NCBI GenBank assembly: GCA_947307175.1
Contig: CAMZIK010000001.1
Location: forward strand, 21,220-85,219
Direction of reading: 5' to 3'
Length of the DNA stretch: 64,000 nt
DNA from: an uncultured Clostridia bacterium
GTDB lineage: Bacteria > Bacillota > Clostridia > Oscillospirales > Ruminococcaceae
Positions 28,655 through 38,586 of the stretch are shown in pieces. Positions within the stretch are counted from its first letter, which is position 1. Each line of letters begins with the position of its first letter. The notes beneath the pieces are model-generated. The model ran no database searches. It saw nothing but the letters and a program-made list of their open reading frames with translations, and had not been told where the DNA came from. Both the position numbers and the translations under genes were made by a program.

Positions 28655-30914
28655 CTCTTGCCTCTTTCGCTGCCGCCACAAGATTTCTCAGGCTCGGCAC
28701 AGTTTCCTCAACGCCTCTTGTTTTAAGTCCGCAGTCGGGGTTTACCCACAGCTTTGTCTTTTCTATCCTGCCAAGCATCTTGCCGATAGCTTCCTTTATC
28801 TCCTCTTTTGATGGGATACGAGGGGAGTGTATGTCGTAAACTCCCGGTCCTGCCTGTGTCCTGAAATTGTTTGCCTTCAGAACATCAAGGATAGTCAGGT
28901 CAGAGCGTGATGCCTCAAATGTGATAACGTCAGCGTCCATGTCGTCAATATCCTTGATAATGTCCGCAAACTCGCTGTAACACATATGCGTGTGTATCTG
29001 TGTTTCGGGCTTTACGCCGCTGTGAACGAACCTGAACGCAGGTATTGCCCATACAAGATAATCCTCTCTCCAATCGCTCTTTCTCAGCGGAAGCTTCTCA
29101 CGCAGAGCCGCCTCGTCCACCTGAATGATCTTTATGCCGTTTGCTTCAAGGTCAAGCACTTCCTCACGGATAGCGAAAGCTATCTGCAAAGCGCTTTCTT
29201 TGAGGGAAATGTCTTCTCTCGGGAACGACCAGTTGAGTATCGTCACAGGACCTGTCAGCATACCCTTCATCGGTTTATCTGTCAGGCGCTGAGCATACTT
29301 TGACCACCTTACAGTGATAGCCTTTGACCTTGAGATGTCGCCCCATACAACAGGCGGTTTTACGCAGCGTGTACCGTAAGACTGTACCCATGCTTTCTGC
29401 GTGAAAACAAATCCGTCAAGGCACTCACCGAAGTATTCTACCATGTCGTTTCTCTCGTATTCACCGTGAACCAGAACATCAAGTCCGATGTTCTCCTGCA
29501 AAGCCACACACTCTGCTATCTTGCGCTCAACGAACTTCTCATAGTCCTCTGCCGAAAGCTCGCCCTTTCTGAAAGAGCTTCTTGCCGCCTTAACATCTGC
29601 GGTCTGTGGGAACGAACCGATAGTCGTCGTCGGGAAAAGCGGCAGCTTAAAGCGCTCACGCTGTATTTTTTCACGCTCCTCAAATGCAGGCAGCCTTACA
29701 AAGTCCTTGTCTGTCAGCTTCGCCACCTTTTCCTGTACAGCGGCATTGTGTCCCGATCTCTGTTCGCTGTGAAGCGCCTTGTTTGCAGCAAATTCTGCCG
29801 TATTTTCAGGCTCACCCGATGCAAGTATCTTTTTAAGCTCTGCAAGCTCTCCCAGCTTTTCCTGTGCGTATGCAAAATGCTTCTTGATGTCTTCGCTCAG
29901 CTTTTCCTCGTTTGCAAGAGTACACGGAACGTGCAGCAGCGAGCAGCTCGTGCCGATAACTATCTCATCTGCAGACTTGCTGAGCTTGTTTATAATATCG
30001 ACTGTCTTTGCGTAGTCGTTTCTCCAGATGTTCTTTCCGTTGACAACGCCCGCAAACAGCACCTTGTCCGTCGGGAAACCGTTTTTCTCCACGAGTTCAA
30101 GGCTCTTTTTGCCTTCAACGAGATCAAGTCCGATGCCGTCAAAGTCCAGCTTGATAAGTTCATCATAGCAGTCACGCACATCGCCGAAATATGTCTGCAA
30201 AAGCACCTTTACATTTCCCTTGCCGCCAAGAATGTCCTTGTACAGCGAAACGAAAAGCGTGATGTCCTCAGCGGTCATATCCATTACCAGCGAAGGCTCG
30301 TCTATCTGCACCCACTGTGCGCCGAGCGTTCCGAGTTTTGCAAGCAGCTGCTTGTAAGCCTCGGCTGTGTCCTTTGCAAAGTCCTTTGCAGTCATTTTGC
30401 CCGTGTATCTTGCAAGCTTCAGGAACGTGTAAGCGCCGATAACAACAGGCTTTGTCACTACGCCCTCTGCCTTTGCCTCGTCGAACAGCTCAAAAGGCTT
30501 TTTGCCCACAAGCCTGATCTCAGTGTCATCGCTTATTTCAGGCACGATGTAGTGATAGTTCGTGTTGTACCATTTTTTCATTGCCAGTGCCTTGACGTCG
30601 CCGCTTTCGCTCTGATAGCCTCTTGCCGCAGCGAAGTAGGTGTCAAGCGTTGAAAGACCGAGCGCACGGTATCTTTCAGGCACAGCGTTCAGAAGGAAAG
30701 CCGTGTCCAGCACACCGTCATAGAACGAGAAATCGTTTGACGGGATATAGTCAAGTCCGCTTTCTTTCTGCAGACCGAGATTGTATTTCCTTATCTCCTT
30801 TGCTGTCTTTTCAAGCTCGTCAGCGGTGATCTCGCCTCTGAAATATTTCTCGCTTGCAAATTTCAGTTCTCTCAGCCCGCCTATTCTTGGGTAACCGATA
30901 ATTGATGTATTCAT
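28641..30914 (-). CDS. metE: Cobalamin-independent methionine synthase
   Basis: GYPRIG, KWYNTNYHY, TTIGSFPQT; Zn ligands HTHMCYSE and NPDCGLK. Confidence 0.96.
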   Translation of the reverse strand: MNTSIIGYPRIGGLRELKFASEKYFRGEITADELEKTAKEIRKYNLGLQKESGLDYIPSNDFSFYDGVLDTAFLLNAVPERYRALGLSTLDTYFAAARGYQSESGDVKALAMKKWYNTNYHYIVPEISDDTEIRLVGKKPFELFDEAKAEGVVTKPVVIGAYTFLKLARYTGKMTAKDFAKDTAEAYKQLLAKLGTLGAQWVQIDEPSLVMDMTAEDITLFVSLYKDILGGKGNVKVLLQTYFGDVRDCYDELIKLDFDGIGLDLVEGKKSLELVEKNGFPTDKVLFAGVVNGKNIWRNDYAKTVDIINKLSKSADEIVIGTSCSLLHVPCTLANEEKLSEDIKKHFAYAQEKLGELAELKKILASGEPENTAEFAANKALHSEQRSGHNAAVQEKVAKLTDKDFVRLPAFEEREKIQRERFKLPLFPTTTIGSFPQTADVKAARSSFRKGELSAEDYEKFVERKIAECVALQENIGLDVLVHGEYERNDMVEYFGECLDGFVFTQKAWVQSYGTRCVKPPVVWGDISRSKAITVRWSKYAQRLTDKPMKGMLTGPVTILNWSFPREDISLKESALQIAFAIREEVLDLEANGIKIIQVDEAALREKLPLRKSDWREDYLVWAIPAFRFVHSGVKPETQIHTHMCYSEFADIIKDIDDMDADVITFEASRSDLTILDVLKANNFRTQAGPGVYDIHSPRIPSKEEIKEAIGKMLGRIEKTKLWVNPDCGLKTRGVEETVPSLRNLVAAAKEARDENS

Positions 30915-30999
30915 TTCCTATTCCTCCGATATGATTAGTATGTTGATAATTATAACACATATCTCAGAAATGTGTTAATACTAATAATTCATATCATGC

Positions 31000-31016
31000 C
31001 ATAACTAAAAGCTATA
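31000..31016. promoter_or_regulatory. MtaR/MetR-type box upstream of metE
   Basis: Minus strand reads TATAGCTTTTAGTTATG. It shares TGATATAGCTT (11 bp) with the box at 531-541. Confidence 0.65.
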
Positions 31017-31928
31017 TCAGAGAGTACAATTATCTATATAGGCATTAAGGTGTTCAAGATACCTCTTAGTTATCGAGTTCATTGGTCTGTCTGTCGTCGT
31101 GATGTAGCCGATGTCCATTTTCTCATCGCTCTCAAGCGGTATCGCAACGATGTTTTCTCCGTTGAGGTCAGCGCTCAGTATTCCCGATGAGATAGTGTAT
31201 CCGTCAAGACCTATGAGCAGATTGAACAGGGTCGCCCTGTCTGATACGATAAGGTTTTTTGGGCTTTCTGCGGTAATGTGCAGTTCCTCCGCAAAATAGA
31301 ATGAGTTTTTCACGCCCTGATCGTAGGTCAGTCTCGGATACTCTTTCAGCTCATCCAGCGTAACGCATTTTTTGCTGACCAGCGGGTTCTGCTTGCTCAC
31401 AAAAACGTGTGGTCTTGCCGTGAACAGCTTGACGAACTGCAATTCCTCGCTCTGCAGGATATGCAGTATCACATCTCTGTTGAAATCGCACAGATAAAGT
31501 ATACCTATGTCGCTGCGGTGTGTGCGCACATCTTCTATTATCTCCGCAGTTTTAAGTTCCCTCAGCGTAAACTCATACTTGCTCTTGCCGTATTCCCTTA
31601 CCAGCTCCACGAATGCGTTGACCACAAAAGCATAATGCTGCGCCGAAACCGCAAACGCTCTGCTCGGAGGAGGCGAGAGCTTGTACTCGCTTTCAAGCAG
31701 GCTTGCCTGTTCCACTATCTGCCGTGCATATGACAAGAACTTTGTTCCTTCCTGCGAAAGATAAACGCCTCTGTTGCTGCGGTTGAAAATAGTTATCCCC
31801 ATTTCCTTTTCAAGCTCAGCAATAGATTTTGAAAGGCTTGGCTGACTGATGAAAAGCCTCTGCGCCGCCATAGTGATAGAACCTGTCTCTGCGACTTCAA
31901 TAAGATATTTAAGCTGTTGTAGAGTCAT
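31017..31928 (-). CDS. LysR-family regulator (MetR/MtaR-like)
   Basis: MTLQQLKYLIEVAETGSITMAAQRLFISQPSLS HTH; lies upstream of metE. Confidence 0.92.
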   Translation of the reverse strand: MTLQQLKYLIEVAETGSITMAAQRLFISQPSLSKSIAELEKEMGITIFNRSNRGVYLSQEGTKFLSYARQIVEQASLLESEYKLSPPPSRAFAVSAQHYAFVVNAFVELVREYGKSKYEFTLRELKTAEIIEDVRTHRSDIGILYLCDFNRDVILHILQSEELQFVKLFTARPHVFVSKQNPLVSKKCVTLDELKEYPRLTYDQGVKNSFYFAEELHITAESPKNLIVSDRATLFNLLIGLDGYTISSGILSADLNGENIVAIPLESDEKMDIGYITTTDRPMNSITKRYLEHLNAYIDNCTL

Positions 31929-32171
31929 TTTGTCCTCCTGTTATAATAATGTATAAAACCCAAAACACTATTTTGAGTATATATCCAAAGCCCACAAAAA
32001 GTCAAGTGCCTTGCTTAAAAGTGAAATAATTTTGACTAATTTACAAAATATTTTCTTTATACGATTGAGAAAAATCAATGCAACTATGTACTTTTTTTTA
32101 AATTTGTGTTATGATACTATTGGTGTAGAAAGAAGAACTGAGATATGATTCTATTATATGGAGGTTTTTTT

Positions 32172-32768
32172 ATGAACAAGGAAAACAAAAATATCAACCT
32201 TGCACTGCGTATCTGTCTGATAGTTACGTGGATAATGAGCAACATAAGTCTGTTCGTTCTGTTCTCAGGCCTTGCAAATATCGAGACAGAAGGCCTTGAC
32301 AAGGACAATATCGGCGAAAGACTGCTGAAAGTCATCAGCGATTTTTCAAGCAAGACAACTCTTTACTATGTGACTATGGCTATGCTTGCAGTCTGTCTGG
32401 TGCTCGCTGTTATCTCAAGATATAAGACAACAATAGTGTCGTATATCTTCAAGCTCCTTTCCCTGCTGTTGTCGCTTGTCATGATGATAGGCGGAGTTAC
32501 CTATGTCGGCGCACTGCGTGAGTGCAGCGGTCTTTCCGGACTGGTGGTTAACGGCACGAGCAAAGAGGCTGTTGAGGCAGCTCTCTCATCTGCTAATTTC
32601 AGCGGAGATGCTTCCAAGATCGCAGAAACGCTCACAAACAAGGATGAGGCAGCAGCTGCATTCGCAGGTTATCTTTTCCCAATATTCATATTGTTCGTAC
32701 TGATGATAACATCTATCCACTGTCTCGTTAAGAAGAAGGATCCGAACAATAAGGGCGGAAATGAATAA
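32172..32768 (+). CDS. Hypothetical membrane protein
   Basis: About four hydrophobic segments; RBS GGAGG before ATG 32172. Confidence 0.7.
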   Translation: MNKENKNINLALRICLIVTWIMSNISLFVLFSGLANIETEGLDKDNIGERLLKVISDFSSKTTLYYVTMAMLAVCLVLAVISRYKTTIVSYIFKLLSLLLSLVMMIGGVTYVGALRECSGLSGLVVNGTSKEAVEAALSSANFSGDASKIAETLTNKDEAAAAFAGYLFPIFILFVLMITSIHCLVKKKDPNNKGGNE

Positions 32769-32797
32769 TTACAACAAAGATCATGGAGGTAAATGCG

Positions 32798-33721
32798 ATG
32801 TCATATATCATGCAGACGCAGAACCTGACCAAGACCTACGGAAGAAAAGATGCCGCAAAGGATATAAACATCAATATCCGTGAAGGCGAGATATACGGTC
32901 TTATCGGGCGAAACGGCGCAGGAAAAACAACAATAATGCGAATGATAAGCGGTTTGTCCAATCCAACCAGCGGTACATATTCGCTCTTTGGCAAGACGGG
33001 CGCTGAAATGAAAAAAATGATGAACAAGGTCGGTGTGCTCATTGAGCACCCGGGTCTTTATCCCAAGCGCTCTGCAAGGGAGAACCTGAAGATCAAGTGC
33101 ATGGCTATGGGCGTTGACTATAAAAAAGACAACTACCTTGATGAGCTGCTCAGGATCGTCGGACTTGAAAACGTATCCGACAAAAAGGGTGCGGGCGAGT
33201 TTTCGCTGGGTATGCGCCAGAGGCTGGGCATAGCACTTGCGCTTGTCGGTGAGCCGTCGATGATAATCCTTGACGAGCCAATAAACGGTCTCGACCCGCA
33301 GGGTATCGTTGAGGTAAGACACACCCTTGCACAGCTTCGTGACGAAAAAGGCATCACGATAATGATCTCCAGCCATATCCTTGAAGAGCTTGCAAAGCTG
33401 GCGGACTCTTACGGGATAATCCATGAGGGAAAACTGATAGAGCAGTTCACCAATGACGAGCTTATGGCACGCTGCGGTCAGTTCGTAGCAATAAAAACGC
33501 CTGATAACGACGGCGCAATAAAAGCGCTCTCGGGCATCGGCATCACGCAGACACGCATAGATGAGGACGGTGTGCTGCGTGTAGGCGAAAGGCTCGAGGA
33601 CAGCGACAAGATGGCTGCGGCTATCGTAAAGGCTGACATTCCGCTCAAAGAGCTGTATATAAACAGCGTATCCCTTGAGGACTACTATCTCAGTCTTACG
33701 GGAGGTGAGCATAATGGGTAA
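32798..33721 (+). CDS. ABC ATPase (BcrA/bacitracin-lantibiotic exporter type)
   Basis: GRNGAGKT, FSLGMRQRLG, LDEPINGLDP and SSHILEEL. Confidence 0.9.
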   Translation: MSYIMQTQNLTKTYGRKDAAKDININIREGEIYGLIGRNGAGKTTIMRMISGLSNPTSGTYSLFGKTGAEMKKMMNKVGVLIEHPGLYPKRSARENLKIKCMAMGVDYKKDNYLDELLRIVGLENVSDKKGAGEFSLGMRQRLGIALALVGEPSMIILDEPINGLDPQGIVEVRHTLAQLRDEKGITIMISSHILEELAKLADSYGIIHEGKLIEQFTNDELMARCGQFVAIKTPDNDGAIKALSGIGITQTRIDEDGVLRVGERLEDSDKMAAAIVKADIPLKELYINSVSLEDYYLSLTGGEHNG

Positions 33722-34586
33722 TGTTATCAAAATGGATCTTTACAGGCTCGTTAAATCAATGTCGTTCAAGGTCTGCCTCATTATCGTGTTCCTGCTCAAT
33801 CTGATCGAAGGACCTCTCGGAAAGATCATGTTCAACCTCGGCAAAAAACTTGCAGAGCAGAACGAAGATCCCGAAAAGGCTCTTGCACAGCTGGGTGAAT
33901 GGGACAACACCTTCCACTTTGGCAATATCCTCGCAGATCAGCTGGGTACGATATGCACCGCAATATTCCTGCTTTGCATCGTGTGGTTCTGCTATGCGGA
34001 CATACAGCACGGATACATCAAAAATATCGCAGGACAGCTCCCGAGCAGAGGACATACCATTATTTCTAAATTCGTGGTTATCCAGTTCACAACTCTGCTG
34101 TTCTATGTAGTTACGGTTATTGGCAATACTGCCGGTCAGCTGCTGGTCGGCAGACATATAGTGTTCGATATGAGTGTTGCAGGAGATTTTGATGAGGAGA
34201 CTCTTACCAGAGCCGAGGAAAAGATATTCGGCATGGGGTCGGTGCTTGGCGAGTTTGCGATAAAATGGATTCTGCTCACCGGGCTTTGTGCATTGGTGCT
34301 GCTGCTGACAACGGGCGTAGGCTCAAATGTTGCGGGCACTATCGCTGCTATTCTTTGCGGCGCAGGCTTTACTGGACTTGCTTACTCGGGCATCTCCGCA
34401 GGTATCAACAAGCTGTTCAAGTTCGACAAGGACTTTGATCTTACCGAATATATGCCCGACAGCCTCTACCGCACAAACCTCAATGACGAAGGCTGCATGA
34501 TAAGGGCGCTGATAGTCGGCATCATCACGGTAGTCGTTCTGCTGTATTTCACGACAAGGCTGTACAACAAGAAGGACATTAAATAA
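33714..34586 (+). CDS. ABC-2 type permease
   Basis: Six TM segments, GYIKNIAGQ; follows the ATPase. Confidence 0.8.
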   Translation: MGNVIKMDLYRLVKSMSFKVCLIIVFLLNLIEGPLGKIMFNLGKKLAEQNEDPEKALAQLGEWDNTFHFGNILADQLGTICTAIFLLCIVWFCYADIQHGYIKNIAGQLPSRGHTIISKFVVIQFTTLLFYVVTVIGNTAGQLLVGRHIVFDMSVAGDFDEETLTRAEEKIFGMGSVLGEFAIKWILLTGLCALVLLLTTGVGSNVAGTIAAILCGAGFTGLAYSGISAGINKLFKFDKDFDLTEYMPDSLYRTNLNDEGCMIRALIVGIITVVVLLYFTTRLYNKKDIK

Positions 34587-34833
34587 CCAATAGCTTTGTA
34601 TAAGCTGTTACAGCCACCGCCTGCCGAAAAAGGTAAGCGGTGGTTTTTGTTTGTATTGCCTTTTCTTTTGCCTGAAATAACTGTCTTTGGGTGCTTTGTA
34701 AGCCGTGATTGATAAAATGCAGCGAAAGGCTTGATTTTTTTAATAAAATGTGGTATTTTATAAATATCATTTGCCCGGCACAATTATGTAATATGTTTAC
34801 AAAGCCGGGCATTTAATCATTCGGAGATGTAAA

Positions 34834-36174
34834 ATGAAAAAGGAAAAAAACAAGATAGCAAGCAATAACCATAACTCGTTCAGAGTGATAAGTATCGGCT
34901 TTTTTATCCTTGTGCTGACAGGAGCGCTTCTGCTTATGCTCCCCATCGCCTCGCAGAGCCGTACCGTAACGCCCTTCAAGGATACTCTTTTCACCGCCAT
35001 ATCATCTTCCTGTGTTACAGGTCTTGTGGTAAGGGATACAGCTACCCACTGGTCGCTCTTTGGTCAGGCAGTCATTCTTGTAATGATACAGATAGGCGGT
35101 ATGGGAGTCATCACCATCGGGCTTATGATAACAAGGCTTGCAGGCAAGAAAATAGGTCTGGGCTTCAGAGGCATGATGCAGGATTCTATCTCAGCACCGC
35201 AGGTAGGCGGAATACTTAAACTCACAAAGTTCATTCTGAAGGGAATGGCTCTGATCGAGCTTACAGGCGCAGCGCTGCTTTATCCCGTCTTCTGCCGTGA
35301 TTTCGGCGCGTTGAAAGGCATCTGGTATTCGATATTCCACTCGGTATCAGCCTTTTGTAATGCAGGCTTTGACCTTATGGGCGTGCGTGAAAAGTTTTCC
35401 TCGCTGACAAGCTACGGCAGCAATATATATGTCAATGTGATAATCATGCTGCTCATCATCATCGGAGGCATAGGATTTCTTACCTGGGACGACATCGTTC
35501 AGCACCGTCATCATTTTAAAAAATACCGCCTTCAGACAAAGATAGTTCTTGTAACAACAGCTATCCTGATAGTTGTTCCTACTGTCTATTTCTTCTTTGC
35601 GGAGTATTCGGGCGAACCGATGAAAGACCGTCTGCTTCATTCGTTCTTCCAGTCAGTCACAACACGAACAGCAGGCTTTAATACCGCTGACCTGTCTGTG
35701 ATGCGTGAATCAAGTGCGATGATCATGACAATGCTGATGCTGTTCGGCGGCTGTCCGGGTTCAACAGCAGGAGGAATGAAGACGTCAACAGTCGCTGTAT
35801 TGTTCCTTGCCGCCCTGAGCGTGTTCAGGCGCAAGAATGATGTCGGCTGCTTCAAGCGCCGTATCCCTATGGATATTGTCCGTACCGCAGGTGCGATACT
35901 GTTTATGTACCTGACGCTGTTCTTGTCAGCAGCTGCCGCTATCAGCATCATAGATTCCCAGCCGCTTATAAGCAGCATGTTTGAAGCAGGCTCAGCTCTG
36001 GGAACAGCAGGCCTGACTCTTGGCATAACAACATCGTTGTCGCTTTCATCACATATCATTCTTATGATACTTATGTTTGCAGGACGAGTCGGAGCGCTGA
36101 CGCTCATTTATGCAGCATTCTCATCGACCAAGGAAGTTTCGGTAATGCCGCAGGAAAAGATAACTGTCGGATAA
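34834..36174 (+). CDS. trkH: TrkH/KtrB K+ uptake membrane subunit
   Basis: SCVTGL, SAFCNAGF, TTRTAGF and GGCPGSTAGGMK pore motifs. Confidence 0.92.
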   Translation: MKKEKNKIASNNHNSFRVISIGFFILVLTGALLLMLPIASQSRTVTPFKDTLFTAISSSCVTGLVVRDTATHWSLFGQAVILVMIQIGGMGVITIGLMITRLAGKKIGLGFRGMMQDSISAPQVGGILKLTKFILKGMALIELTGAALLYPVFCRDFGALKGIWYSIFHSVSAFCNAGFDLMGVREKFSSLTSYGSNIYVNVIIMLLIIIGGIGFLTWDDIVQHRHHFKKYRLQTKIVLVTTAILIVVPTVYFFFAEYSGEPMKDRLLHSFFQSVTTRTAGFNTADLSVMRESSAMIMTMLMLFGGCPGSTAGGMKTSTVAVLFLAALSVFRRKNDVGCFKRRIPMDIVRTAGAILFMYLTLFLSAAAAISIIDSQPLISSMFEAGSALGTAGLTLGITTSLSLSSHIILMILMFAGRVGALTLIYAAFSSTKEVSVMPQEKITVG

Positions 36175-36201
36175 CAGAACATATATAAAGGAGATATAGC
36201 T

Positions 36202-36840
36202 ATGAAATCAGTATTGATAATCGGAGCAGGTCAGTTCGGTACACATATCGCAAAGAGGATGTCGAATCTTCGCTGTGAGATAATGGCTGTTGACAGTGAT
36301 GAAGGTCGAATCAATTCTATCCTGCCCTATGTCACCAATGCCCAGATAGGAAACAGCACCAACGCCGATTTTATGAGTTCACTGGGAATTCCCGATTTTG
36401 ATGTGTGCATCGTCACCATAAGCTCCAGCTTCCAGGATTCGCTCGAAACGACAGCGCTCCTGAAAGAGCTTGGCGCTCATAAGGTGATCGCCCGTGCGCA
36501 GAACGATGTCCAGGAGAAGTTCCTGCTTCGCAACGGCGCCGATGAAACAGTATATCCAGAAAAACAGACCGCTGTTCGTATAGCAACAAAGGAAGCCTTT
36601 GATGATATACTTGACGTGTTCCAGATCGACCATAATATCAATATCTATGAGATAAGCGTGCCTAAAAACTGGAGCAACAAGTCTATCGCAGAACTTGATA
36701 TCCGTAAAAAGCATAATCTGAATATCATCGCGGTGCGTGCCGACGACCAGCTCATCCTGCCGACACCGGATATGATACTCACTACCGATGATGCTATCCT
36801 GCTCCTTGGCAATATGAAAGACATTCAGAAGACATTCTGA
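36202..36840 (+). CDS. trkA: TrkA/KtrA RCK regulatory subunit
   Basis: IIGAGQFG Rossmann motif and C-terminal RCK_C domain. Confidence 0.92.
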   Translation: MKSVLIIGAGQFGTHIAKRMSNLRCEIMAVDSDEGRINSILPYVTNAQIGNSTNADFMSSLGIPDFDVCIVTISSSFQDSLETTALLKELGAHKVIARAQNDVQEKFLLRNGADETVYPEKQTAVRIATKEAFDDILDVFQIDHNINIYEISVPKNWSNKSIAELDIRKKHNLNIIAVRADDQLILPTPDMILTTDDAILLLGNMKDIQKTF

Positions 36841-36864
36841 TCGCTCAAAAAAGATAATAAACAT

Positions 36865-36900
36865 ATCGAAGCCACCCGTTGTTTTTAACGAGTGGCTTCG
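36865..36900. terminator. Bidirectional terminator
   Basis: TCGAAGCCAC-CCGTT...AACG-AGTGGCTTCGA. Confidence 0.65.
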
Positions 36901-36926
36901 ATCTTTCAGGGGAAAAGGTATAGTTA

Positions 36927-38510
36927 TCAGACAGCACTTGCGCCGTAGTTTGAAAGCACTCTTGCCGACGGATCGTTGACGTCGCAGCCTTTCCAGCTCT
37001 TGTTCGGCATCCAGAAATCCACGATCATCTTGCTCTGACCCGGATAATAGCGCTCAAAGATCTCACGGTAGAGCAGTGACTCCTTCGTGAACGGCTTTGC
37101 ATGCTCGTATTTTTCACTCAGACGGTAGAAATCCTCATCTGTGTAATACTTCTCAGCGTAATCTTTCAGATAGTTTACCAGCGAGTGACCAACTGCATCT
37201 GAGAAAGCAGCCTTCTCTCGGTAGAGTATGTCGTGAGGCAGATAGTCGCCCTGCTCAAATGCCTTTCTCAGCAGGTATTTGCCCTTGCCGTAGGTGTTGA
37301 GCTTCTTTGCAGGGTCGATAGCCATAACATACTTTACAAAATCAAGATCACCGAACGGAACTCTTGCTTCAAGCGAGTTTACGCTGATACATCTGTCTGC
37401 ACGCAGTACATCGTACATATGCAGCTCATGAACTCTTTTCTGTGCTTCCAGCTGGAACTCTCTTGCATTCGGTGCAAAGTCAGTGTACTTGTATCCGAAC
37501 AGCTCATCTGAGATCTCACCCGTAAGGATAACTCTGATGTCGGTCTTCTCGTGGATAGCCTTGCATACAAGATACATACCGATGCTTGCACGGATCGTAG
37601 TGATGTCAAAAGTTCCGAGCAGCTTGACAGTAGGTTCGAGAGCAGCGATAACATCGTCCTTTGTGATAATGACTTCTGTGTGGTCGCTGCCGATATAGTC
37701 AGCAACCTGCTTTGCATATTTCAGGTCGATAGCGTCCTCGCTCATTCCGATAGCGAACGTTTTGATAGGCTTGTCGGACTTCTTCTGTGCGATCGCGCAG
37801 ACAAGTGACGAATCAAGACCGCCTGAGAGCAGGAATCCGACCTTTGCATCTGCCACAAGACGCTTTTCAACGCCTGCAACAAGCTTGTCGTGAATGTTTT
37901 TGTATATCGTTTCGTGGTCGTCAGTGAGATATTTGTCCACCGCAGCAATGTCGCAGTATTTGGTGAACTCACCGTTCACGCAGTAGTACCCTGGGGGGAA
38001 CGGCTTGATGTCAAGTGCGATGCCGATAAGGTTCTGCGGCTCGCTTGCAAAAGCCATAACACCGTTCTCGTCATATCCGTAGTAAAGCGGTCTTATGCCG
38101 ATAGGGTCACGTGCAGCGATGAACTCATGAGTCTCGCCGTCGTAGATGATGCAGGCAAATTCCGCATCGAGCATCGAGAACATTCTCGTTCCGTATTCTC
38201 TGTACATCGGCAGGAGTATCTCGCAGTCCGAATCGCTTTCAAAAGTGAATCCCTTTTTGATAAGCTTTTCTTTTTCCTTTTCAAAACCGTACAGCTCGCC
38301 GTTGCATACAACATAGCTGTCATCAAGCTTGAACGGCTGCATTCCCGAATCGGTCAGACCCATGATAGAGAGCCTGTGGAATCCCAGAACGCCGTCAGGC
38401 AGCGTAACATAACGTGTATCATCAGGACCTCTTGATTTTGTCCTTCCGAAACACTCTTTTATCAGCTCCATATCCGCAATAGCGGAGCAGTAGCCCATTA
38501 TACAACACAT
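36927..38510 (-). CDS. asnB: Asparagine synthase (glutamine-hydrolysing)
   Basis: N-terminal Cys2, SRGPD, CNGELY, RDPIGIRPL, LLSGGLDSS and LEARVPF. Confidence 0.95.
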   Translation of the reverse strand: MCCIMGYCSAIADMELIKECFGRTKSRGPDDTRYVTLPDGVLGFHRLSIMGLTDSGMQPFKLDDSYVVCNGELYGFEKEKEKLIKKGFTFESDSDCEILLPMYREYGTRMFSMLDAEFACIIYDGETHEFIAARDPIGIRPLYYGYDENGVMAFASEPQNLIGIALDIKPFPPGYYCVNGEFTKYCDIAAVDKYLTDDHETIYKNIHDKLVAGVEKRLVADAKVGFLLSGGLDSSLVCAIAQKKSDKPIKTFAIGMSEDAIDLKYAKQVADYIGSDHTEVIITKDDVIAALEPTVKLLGTFDITTIRASIGMYLVCKAIHEKTDIRVILTGEISDELFGYKYTDFAPNAREFQLEAQKRVHELHMYDVLRADRCISVNSLEARVPFGDLDFVKYVMAIDPAKKLNTYGKGKYLLRKAFEQGDYLPHDILYREKAAFSDAVGHSLVNYLKDYAEKYYTDEDFYRLSEKYEHAKPFTKESLLYREIFERYYPGQSKMIVDFWMPNKSWKGCDVNDPSARVLSNYGASAV

Positions 38511-38586
38511 ATCTATCCATCCCTTCGAATTTAAACACAGCGCAGGAAGCAGCTCTGCGCCGCTCCCTGTCCGTATAGTTTTTCAA

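Noticed and set aside
29466-30653. 395-aa plus-strand ORF
   Set aside because: Antisense shadow of metE, with no motifs or RBS.
32801-33730. 309-aa minus-strand ORF
   Set aside because: Antisense shadow of the ABC ATPase.
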